Assembly (NCBI GenBank): GCA_963665125.2
Contig: CAXXUK010000002.1
Location: 704,001-768,000 of the forward strand
Reading direction: 5' to 3'
From: an uncultured Desulfarculus sp.
GTDB taxonomy: Bacteria > Desulfobacterota > Desulfarculia > Desulfarculales > Desulfarculaceae
Length of the DNA: 64,000 bases
In this document: in pieces, positions 56,773-64,000 of the stretch
Layout of the letters: each line of letters opens with the position of its first letter
Position numbering within the stretch: the stretch's first letter is position 1
Notes under the pieces: generated by a model
Told to the model about the DNA's origin: nothing
What the model saw: the letters and a program-made list of their open reading frames with translations, nothing else
The model's database searches: none
Position numbers and translations under genes: made by a program

Positions 56773-58017
56773 ATGAGCCAACAACAGGCCATAGAGGTCC
56801 AGGGCCTCGTCAAACGCTTTCGGCGCGAGATGCTTCAGCAGAACTACACCACGTGGAAGTCGCTGATGTTAAATCCTTTCAGGCCCCGGCAGAAAAAGGA
56901 CTTCATCACGGTGTTGGGCGGCATCGGCCTCAGCGTCGCTCCGGGCCGGACCCTGGCGGTGATCGGCCAGAACGGCTCGGGCAAGTCCACGCTTTTAAAG
57001 ATCCTGGCCGGTATCTACAAGGCAGACGAGGGCCTGGTTAAGGTCAACGGCCGGGTGGCCAGCCTCATCGAACTGGGCGCGGGCTTCCATCCCGAGTTTT
57101 CCGGCCGGGAGAATGTCTTTCTCAACGGCGCCATCCTGGGTCTGAGCAAAAAAGAAATCACCGAGCGCTTTGACGACATCGCCGCCTACAGCGGCCTGGG
57201 CGAATACATCGACGCGCCGGTGCGCACCTATTCCTCGGGTATGTACGTGCGCCTGGGCTTTTCCGTGGCCGTCAACGTGGACCCTGACGTGCTTCTGGTC
57301 GACGAGGTCTTGGCCGTGGGCGACGAGGCCTTCGCCAACAAGTGCGAAGACAAGATCAACCAGTTCCGCCGCCGGGGCAAGACCATCGTCCTGGTGACCC
57401 ACGACCTGGAGGCGGTCAAGAAATACGCCGACGAGGTGATCTGGCTCGACGGCGGCCAGGTGGCGGCCCAGGGCCCGGCCTTGCAGGTCATCGACGCCTA
57501 CCGCCAGAAGGTGGCCCAGGAGGAAGACTCCATCCGCCGGGCCCAGGCCCACATGCCGTCCATGGTTCTGGACCAGGAGCGCTGGGGCGACGGCGACGCC
57601 GAGATCACCGCCTGGCGCATCCTGGACGTCGAGGGCAAGGAACGGGCCGTGTTCCACAGCGGCGACGAGTTCAGCATCGAGCTTGACTACCAAGCCAAAC
57701 AGCCCCTGCCGGACATCGTCTGCGGGGTGGGCATCTTCAACGCCCAGTCAACTCTGTGCTACGGCAGCAACACCAAGATCGACCGCCAGGTTTACACGAA
57801 TCCGCCGTCCCAAGGCACCCTGCGTTTCACGGCCCAGCGCCTGGATCTGGTGCAGGGCACCTATTTCCTGGATATCGCCATCCACGACAAGGATGGCCGC
57901 GACATCGATTATATCCGCCAGGCCGCCTCGTTCGCCATGCGCAGCAAGACCAACGACGAAGGCGTGTTCCGACCGCCCCATACCTGGAGCCTCAGACCTC
58001 TGGAAGAGAGCAAATGA
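56773..58017 (+). CDS. wzt: Polysaccharide ABC exporter ATPase Wzt with C-terminal carbohydrate-binding domain
   Basis: GQNGSGKST, ELGAGFHPE, YSSGM, DEVLAVGD; ~150-aa C-terminal domain. Confidence 0.9.
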   Translation: MSQQQAIEVQGLVKRFRREMLQQNYTTWKSLMLNPFRPRQKKDFITVLGGIGLSVAPGRTLAVIGQNGSGKSTLLKILAGIYKADEGLVKVNGRVASLIELGAGFHPEFSGRENVFLNGAILGLSKKEITERFDDIAAYSGLGEYIDAPVRTYSSGMYVRLGFSVAVNVDPDVLLVDEVLAVGDEAFANKCEDKINQFRRRGKTIVLVTHDLEAVKKYADEVIWLDGGQVAAQGPALQVIDAYRQKVAQEEDSIRRAQAHMPSMVLDQERWGDGDAEITAWRILDVEGKERAVFHSGDEFSIELDYQAKQPLPDIVCGVGIFNAQSTLCYGSNTKIDRQVYTNPPSQGTLRFTAQRLDLVQGTYFLDIAIHDKDGRDIDYIRQAASFAMRSKTNDEGVFRPPHTWSLRPLEESK

Positions 58018-59351
58018 GCGACGATCAAAACAGTAATGCCCCTGACGTGAAAAAGCTGCTGGCCCAAGTGGACGCGGCCGTGCAGGAAAAAAAGGCAGCC
58101 GGGCTCTATGATCCGGCCGAGGTGCGCAAGGTGGAGCAGGCCGTGGCCAGCTTTCAGCAGTCGGCCGAGGCCGGTTCCGCCGCCGAGCTGAACCTGTGGC
58201 AAAAGACGCTCATCGAACTGGTCAACCCAACGGACTGGGGCGTGGAGACCCACCGCGGCGGCCCGGCGGGCAAGGCCATCGTCACGGTCAAAAAAATCAT
58301 CTACAAGGCCAGCAAGTTTTTTCTCAATGTCTGGCTGGCCACCCAGGTCAAATATAACGCCGCCTTGATCCGCCTGACCGGCGTGATCATCCCCCAGCAT
58401 ATCGACATGCGCATGCGCCTGCCCCAGGCCGAACAGCGCATCGAGCTTTTGGAAGACCTGTGCCGCGACCTTACCGCGGGCCTGCGCAACGTACGCGAGG
58501 CCGAGGCCCGGCTGGGAGCCCTGGAGCGCCAGGCCTTCGGCGGCCGGGAGCAGATCGAGCCCCTGTTGGCCCAGTTGGAGCGTATGGCCGCGGCCCTGGC
58601 CGAAAAAGGCCGGTTGCCCGCCGACGCGGCCGAACAACTGGGCGCCGTGCGGGAGGCCGCCAGGGACCAAGCCTATCTGGACTTCGAAGACATCCACCGG
58701 GGTACGCCCGAGGAGATCAAGGCCCGCCAAAAGGTCTATCTGCCGTTTTTTAAACAAAGCGTCACGGCCGATAAACCGCTGCTGGACATCGGCTGCGGGC
58801 GGGGCGAATTCCTGGCCGCGGCGGGGGAGGTCGGGCTGGCGGCCAAGGGCGTGGACCTCAACGCCCAGAGCGTGGCCCAGGCCAAAAAACAGGGCCTGGA
58901 CGCCGACGCCACCGACGCCATCGAATACCTGCGCTCCGTGGCCGACGGCAGCCTTGGCGGCATCCTCATGGCCCAGGTCATCGAGCACCTGAGCCTGGAT
59001 CAGCTCATGGAGCTGTTGGGCCTTTGCTCGGCCAAGCTGGCCCAGGGCGGCTGGCTCATCGCCGAGACGGTGAACCCCCAGTGCCTGAGCACCTTCAGCA
59101 GCGCGTTCTATCTGGACCTGACCCACAATAAGCCCATTCACCCCGAGGCCGCCCGCTTCCTGTGGCGCAGGCTGGGCCTGGACGAGGTGGAGGTGCTGCA
59201 CCTGTCGGATATGCCGCCGGACCACAAACTGGAGCTGGTGGACGACCATGCCGACGGGGCCAGCCTGGAGGCCTCGTTCAACCGCAACATGCAGCGGCTG
59301 AACCAGCTTTTGTATTCCTATCAGGACTACGCCGTGGTGGGGCGCAAGTAA
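58014..59351 (+). CDS. Coiled-coil + class I SAM methyltransferase
   Basis: Coiled coil; FEDIHRG, LDIGCGRGEF, QVIEHL, ETVNP, FYLDLTH; ATGA overlap with wzt. Confidence 0.85.
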   Translation: MSDDQNSNAPDVKKLLAQVDAAVQEKKAAGLYDPAEVRKVEQAVASFQQSAEAGSAAELNLWQKTLIELVNPTDWGVETHRGGPAGKAIVTVKKIIYKASKFFLNVWLATQVKYNAALIRLTGVIIPQHIDMRMRLPQAEQRIELLEDLCRDLTAGLRNVREAEARLGALERQAFGGREQIEPLLAQLERMAAALAEKGRLPADAAEQLGAVREAARDQAYLDFEDIHRGTPEEIKARQKVYLPFFKQSVTADKPLLDIGCGRGEFLAAAGEVGLAAKGVDLNAQSVAQAKKQGLDADATDAIEYLRSVADGSLGGILMAQVIEHLSLDQLMELLGLCSAKLAQGGWLIAETVNPQCLSTFSSAFYLDLTHNKPIHPEAARFLWRRLGLDEVEVLHLSDMPPDHKLELVDDHADGASLEASFNRNMQRLNQLLYSYQDYAVVGRK

Positions 59352-59354
59352 GCC

Positions 59355-61706
59355 ATGGGCCCCAAAGCGCCAAAAGGCCTGCGGGCCACTTTCGTAACGC
59401 CGTGGTACGGCAAGGGCATCCCCGGCGGAGCCGAGGCCGAGGCCCGGCGCACGGCCCAGAACCTGGCCCAGGCCGGGGTGGACGTGAGCGTGTTGACCAC
59501 CTGCCTGGCCGGGCTGGGCTCGGACTGGGACCACGACACCCTGCCGCCGGGCGAAAGCGTCGAGGACGGCGTGCGGGTGCGGCGCTTTCCCACCGCGCCC
59601 CGGGACGCCGACGCCTTCAACAAGCTCAACCAGCGGGTCATGGCCGCCCATTTCCTGACCCGCCACGAAGAGCGCAAATTCTTCGAGAACATGATCAACA
59701 GCCCCGAGCTGTTCAGCTATATGGCCGCCCACCCCGAGGAGGGGCCGTTCTTTTTCATCCCCTACCTCTTCACCACCTCGGTGTGGGGTCCGTTGATCCA
59801 CCCGTCCAAGAGCGTGATCATTCCCTGCCTGCATGACGAGGGCTACGCCCGCACGGCCAGCGTGCGCCGGGCCTTCGAGTCGGCCAGGGCCGTGGTTTTC
59901 CATGTGCCTGCCGAGAAGAACCTGGCCGCCGGGCTCTATGACCTGAACCTGACCGAACCGCTGGTCCTGGGCGAGGGCATCGAGATGGACTGGCGGGCCG
60001 ACGGGGCGCGCTTCAAGGGAAAATACGGCATCGACCGGTTTGTGCTCTACGCCGGGCGCAAGGACGCGGGCAAGAACGTGCCGCTGTTGATCCACTATTT
60101 CATGCGTTACTGCCAGGAGACCGGCGACGACAACCTCAAGCTGGTGATGATCGGCAACCTGGACGCGCCAATCCCGCCGGGCGGCGAGAAATACTGCCTG
60201 GACTTGGGCTTCGTGCCGATCCAGGACAAATACGACGCCTACGCCGCCGCCGATGTGCTGGTACAGCCTTCGATCATGGAGAGCTTCTCCATCGTGATCA
60301 TGGAGGCCTGGCTGGCCGATACGCCGGTGATGGTCCACGGCGACTGCGCCGTGACCCGGGACCACGTGGAATTCAGCGGAGGGGGCCTGCATTTCCGGGA
60401 CTACCCCCACTTTGCCGAATGCCTGGGCCTGCTGTTGGGCGACGACGCCCTGCGGGCCGAGATGGCCGCGGCGGGCAAACGCTACGTGATCAACAACTTC
60501 TCCTGGCCCGAGGTCACCGAGCGCTACATCGGCCTGCTGGAGCGGCTCTGCGCCGAGCCCGTGCCCGAGCCCGTCAAATGGCGCGGGCCCCTGGAGCGCA
60601 AGGTCATCGTCAACCAGGGCGGGCCCAAGGTCCACCAGATGCTGCCGGACTTTTCCTTTGGCGACGCCATCGGCTCGGACGTGCTGGCCATCCGCAAGGC
60701 CCTGCGCTCCTGGGGGGCCCAGAGCGACATCTTCGCCATCAACGTGCACCAGCGGGTGGCCGGTTATTCCCGGCCCATTGACGAATACATCGCCGAGGCC
60801 AAGTCCGACGACGTTTTGATCTTCCACTTTTCCATCGGTCACGAGCTTGCCGACGAGTTGCTCAATTTCCCCGGCCGCAAGGTGCTGCGCTATCACAACA
60901 TCACCCCGGCCCATTTCCTGGACAAGCTCAACCCGGAGTCGGCGGCACGCTGCCGCCTGGGCCGCCGCCAGCTGGAGCGCATTGCCCCGGCCATGGAACT
61001 GGGCCTGGGCGTAAGCCCATACAACTGCGTGGAACTGGACGAGGCGGGCTGCCCCATGACCGAGGTCTCGCCGATCCTACTGGACCTGGATGTCTTGAAT
61101 ACGCCGCCGGACAGCCTGATCATGGACCGCTTCGAGGACAAACGCCGCAATGTGCTGCATGTGGGCCGCATCGTGCCCAACAAATGCATCGAGGATTTGA
61201 TCAAGGTGCAATACTGGCTGGCCAAGCTGCTGCCGGGCACCCGCCTGCTCATCGTGGGCGCCGACGGCGGGGCCAAGCCCTATTCCTGGGCCCTGCGCCG
61301 GATGACCAGCGAGTTGCAGGTGCCCGACGTACATTTCTCCGGGCATGTCAGCTTCCAGGCCCTGATGGGCTATTACCGGGTCTCGGACCTGTACCTGTGC
61401 CAGAGCGAGCATGAGGGCTTCTGCGTGCCCCTGGTGGAGTCCATGCACTTCGGCCTGCCCATCGTGGCCCACTCGGCCGCCGGAGTGCCGGGAACCCTGG
61501 CCCACGGCGGGGTGCTGTTGGAGCACAAGGACCCCCTGCGCACGGCGGAGACCGTGGCCGAAGTACTCACGGACGCCAAGCTGGAGGCGGATCTGAGAAA
61601 CGCGGCCCAAGACCGGCTGGAGCGCTTCCGGCCCCATCGCGTGGCCGAGGAACTGCGCCAGATTCTGGTGCAGCGCCTGGGCGTCAAGCTGGAGGCGGCC
61701 CAATGA
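59355..61706 (+). CDS. Two-domain GT4 glycosyltransferase
   Basis: Two EX7E motifs (ESFSIVIME; EGFCVPLVE). Confidence 0.88.
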   Translation: MGPKAPKGLRATFVTPWYGKGIPGGAEAEARRTAQNLAQAGVDVSVLTTCLAGLGSDWDHDTLPPGESVEDGVRVRRFPTAPRDADAFNKLNQRVMAAHFLTRHEERKFFENMINSPELFSYMAAHPEEGPFFFIPYLFTTSVWGPLIHPSKSVIIPCLHDEGYARTASVRRAFESARAVVFHVPAEKNLAAGLYDLNLTEPLVLGEGIEMDWRADGARFKGKYGIDRFVLYAGRKDAGKNVPLLIHYFMRYCQETGDDNLKLVMIGNLDAPIPPGGEKYCLDLGFVPIQDKYDAYAAADVLVQPSIMESFSIVIMEAWLADTPVMVHGDCAVTRDHVEFSGGGLHFRDYPHFAECLGLLLGDDALRAEMAAAGKRYVINNFSWPEVTERYIGLLERLCAEPVPEPVKWRGPLERKVIVNQGGPKVHQMLPDFSFGDAIGSDVLAIRKALRSWGAQSDIFAINVHQRVAGYSRPIDEYIAEAKSDDVLIFHFSIGHELADELLNFPGRKVLRYHNITPAHFLDKLNPESAARCRLGRRQLERIAPAMELGLGVSPYNCVELDEAGCPMTEVSPILLDLDVLNTPPDSLIMDRFEDKRRNVLHVGRIVPNKCIEDLIKVQYWLAKLLPGTRLLIVGADGGAKPYSWALRRMTSELQVPDVHFSGHVSFQALMGYYRVSDLYLCQSEHEGFCVPLVESMHFGLPIVAHSAAGVPGTLAHGGVLLEHKDPLRTAETVAEVLTDAKLEADLRNAAQDRLERFRPHRVAEELRQILVQRLGVKLEAAQ

Positions 61707-62893
61707 GAAGCGGCCCCCATGTCATGGACGCCCGGGGCATGCAGCCCGGCTTCAAGGCCCACAAGGAGCGGGGCATCGGCCGCTACGCCAAAAACCTGAT
61801 CTCGGCCATGCAGGAGATAATCGGACCGGAGGGACTGGAGATACTCGTGCAGGGCAACCTGGACGAGCCGGAGATCGACGCGCGGGTCAAGCGGCTCAGG
61901 GCGGGGTACATGCCCCAGTGGCTGCCCTACGGCAAGCGCCTGGCCAGTCATTACTGGCTGGTGCGCCGGCCGCTTCGGACGGCCTGGCGCCAGGGCCGCA
62001 TCGTGCACTTCCTTTCGCACCTCGACGCGCCCTTGTGGCCCCTTTGGCCCACGGTGATCACCGTGCACGACCTCATCGGCCAGCGCATGCCCGAGGTCTA
62101 CGCCCAGGACGTGAGCATGTACCGTTTCCGGCTGGAACGCTGGGTGGAGACCCGCTGCTTCAGCCGGGCGTCCCGGCTCATCGCCGTTAGCCAGTGCACC
62201 AAGGACGATATTGTCGAGCTTTACGGAATCGACCCGGCGCGCATCAGCGTGGTCCACGAGGCCGCCGACCCGGACCTTGCCCCGGTGACGGACCCTGTCC
62301 GGATCGCCGAAATCCTGGCCGCCCACGGTCTGGACCCGGCCAAGCCGTTTTTCTTTTATCTGGGCGGCATCGACCAGCGCAAGGACATGCCCGGCCTGCT
62401 GGAGGCCCTGGCCCAGGTGACTCGCGGGGGCGGCAACGCCGATCTGGTCATCGCCGGCAAGATCAGCGGCGACAAGCAATATCCGGCCTTCATGGAGCAC
62501 ATAAAGCGCCTGGGCCTAGAAAACAGGGTGCGCCAACTAGGCTATGTGCCCGACGAACACCTGCCGGGCCTGTTCTCGGCCTGCACGGCCTTTTTGTTTC
62601 CCAGCCACTACGAGGGCTTCGGCCTGCCGCCCCTGGAGGCCATGGCCTGCGGGGCTCCGGTCATCGCCGCCGCCGCCGCCGCCGTGCCCGAGGTGGTGGC
62701 CGACGCTGGCCTGCTGGTGCCGCCTGGCAAGCCCGCCGAACTGGCCCAAGCCATGGCGCAGGTTCTGGCCCGGCCCGAATTGGTCGCCGAACTACGGGCC
62801 AAGGGGGCCAGGCGCGCCGCCGAGTTCAGTTGGCAGCGGGCCGCCCGGCAGACCCTGGTTATATACCGGGAGGTGCTTGACCATGGAAGGTAG
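61703..62893 (+). CDS. GT4 glycosyltransferase
   Basis: GIGRY, TVHDLI, FPSHYEGFGLPPLEAMACG. Confidence 0.9.
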   Translation: MRSGPHVMDARGMQPGFKAHKERGIGRYAKNLISAMQEIIGPEGLEILVQGNLDEPEIDARVKRLRAGYMPQWLPYGKRLASHYWLVRRPLRTAWRQGRIVHFLSHLDAPLWPLWPTVITVHDLIGQRMPEVYAQDVSMYRFRLERWVETRCFSRASRLIAVSQCTKDDIVELYGIDPARISVVHEAADPDLAPVTDPVRIAEILAAHGLDPAKPFFFYLGGIDQRKDMPGLLEALAQVTRGGGNADLVIAGKISGDKQYPAFMEHIKRLGLENRVRQLGYVPDEHLPGLFSACTAFLFPSHYEGFGLPPLEAMACGAPVIAAAAAAVPEVVADAGLLVPPGKPAELAQAMAQVLARPELVAELRAKGARRAAEFSWQRAARQTLVIYREVLDHGR

Positions 62894-64000
62894 CCGCGCC
62901 AGGGATTACGGGCTTTGGCTGTTTGAAACGGCCCTGGCCGCCGTCATTGCCGGGGGGATCTGCTGGCTATGGCCCCGGACCGGCCTCCAGCGCCTGGGCG
63001 AGGAGCAATGGTGGTTCAGCGCTGGCTGGCTGGTGGCCCTGGCCGGTCCGTCGCTGCTGAGGCCCCTGGGGGCCTACCCCCGCGGCCGTAGCGACATGGA
63101 CACCTTCAGCCCCGAGCTTTGCGCCCGGGGTTCGTTTATTCTGGGGGCCTGCTTCGTGGCCGTCATCGCCTGGGGCTCGCATATATTCAATTACAAGCTC
63201 TGGGCCGGCGGGATCTATTTGACCGGAGTGACCCTGCGCCTGGCCGGTGTCAGCATCGGCCTGCGGACTCTATTGATCAACAAGCCCCAAAGGCCCTGGC
63301 TCATCGGCCTGGGCGGTGGCGTGCTGGCCTGGCTGGCCTGCGTCCTGGCCGTGCCCTGGGTCCGGCCGGACCTCACCACCGCCTGGCCGCCCCAGGTGGA
63401 CATGGCCTTGTTGGCGGTATTGGCCAACTCCCTTGCATGGGGCGTGGTCTGTGGTTCGAGCCTGATCATCGTCCAGGCGGTGTACCGCAACCGCCGCAAT
63501 GCCTGGATCGTCTTTTTGGCCATGGCCCTGGGCGTAATGCCTTCGCTGGCCGTCACCTGGTTTACGCCCCTTGGCTGCTGCATCGCGGCGCTTGCCGCCT
63601 TTGTCCTGGCCTTGTTGGCCAATTGGCGGATAAAGGCCGGACGTGACCGGCGGGGTCCTGTGGTCCAGGAGCAGGCCGCGGTGTACTGGCTGCTCAGGGC
63701 GCTGATGCTCTTGTGGTGGGGCGCGGGCCTTGCCATAAGCCTGGAGGTGGCCTGGTGGCAGCCCAACGTGGAGCAGTTGTTCAGCGAGGCCGGCTGGCTT
63801 CGCCTGCTTGGCTTTGGCGCGTTTCTGGTCACCTGCCTGTCGCTGTTGGCGGAATATTCCCTTCCCCTGATCGGCGGGGAAAACGTGGCCCGGCTGCCCA
63901 GGCGGCACAGGCCCTTGGATATCGGCCTGACCATAATCGCCGTGGCGGCGTCGTTGATACCCCTGGGCCTGAAGTACGTTCAGGCACCCCCCGCAGCGGC
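62883..64000 (+). CDS. Polytopic membrane protein, runs off the window end
   Basis: GGAGG RBS, ATG 62883 (MEGSRARDYGLWLFE...); open frame with many hydrophobic helices to the window edge; absent from the ORF track because it has no stop. Confidence 0.75.
   Translation, partial: MEGSRARDYGLWLFETALAAVIAGGICWLWPRTGLQRLGEEQWWFSAGWLVALAGPSLLRPLGAYPRGRSDMDTFSPELCARGSFILGACFVAVIAWGSHIFNYKLWAGGIYLTGVTLRLAGVSIGLRTLLINKPQRPWLIGLGGGVLAWLACVLAVPWVRPDLTTAWPPQVDMALLAVLANSLAWGVVCGSSLIIVQAVYRNRRNAWIVFLAMALGVMPSLAVTWFTPLGCCIAALAAFVLALLANWRIKAGRDRRGPVVQEQAAVYWLLRALMLLWWGAGLAISLEVAWWQPNVEQLFSEAGWLRLLGFGAFLVTCLSLLAEYSLPLIGGENVARLPRRHRPLDIGLTIIAVAASLIPLGLKYVQAPPAA

Noticed and set aside
57909..60914. 1001-aa minus-strand ORF
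   Set aside because: Antisense shadow of well-supported plus-strand genes in high-GC DNA; no recognisable motifs. The same applies to 46383-47660, 28077-29057, 5456-6427 and 8689-9618.

Overview
GC-rich bacterial chromosome segment. Gene content suggests a deltaproteobacterial (Desulfobacterota-like) anaerobe; this is an inference. The left half (1-~31.8 kb) is a tandem, mosaic array of tyrosine-integrase islands downstream of a minus-strand tRNA-Arg(ACG) at 31753-31829; an exact 88-bp copy of the tRNA 3' half plus flank lies at 6435-6522. Segment A (<1-6522) has an integrase and excisionase plus a VirD4/TraG coupling protein cotranscribed with AT-hook, membrane and VWA-like proteins, preceded by a likely antisense RNA. 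Segment C (~6.5-21.5 kb) has MNT/HEPN and Phd/RelE toxin-antitoxin genes, an XPB-like helicase with a DUF790/Bax1-like nuclease, an IS3 element, a broken integrase, and a cargo operon: TonB-dependent receptor, two HcgA/HmdB-like radical SAM enzymes (CX5CX2C) and a FecCD/BtuCDF-type ABC importer behind a structured leader. Segment B (~21.5-31.7 kb) is a satellite-like element (Toprim-DUF927 primase/helicase, ~117-bp repeats, degenerate recombinase, IS5, DUF932, integrase), joined to C by an attP-like site built on a tRNA-Arg(CCG) fragment. The right half is mostly core genome: DEAD-box helicase, XdhC, USP, GT2, mscS, corA, mlaEFD, TPP riboswitch-thiD-thiC-HAD-birA, exported S16 protease, XylR-type sigma54 activator, rpoZ, dnaJ, moaC, dksA and a surface polysaccharide cluster. 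The best candidates for undescribed systems are the HcgA-like radical SAM/TonB/ABC operon and the VirD4-VWA module. All family calls come from reading motifs by eye; no database searches were run.
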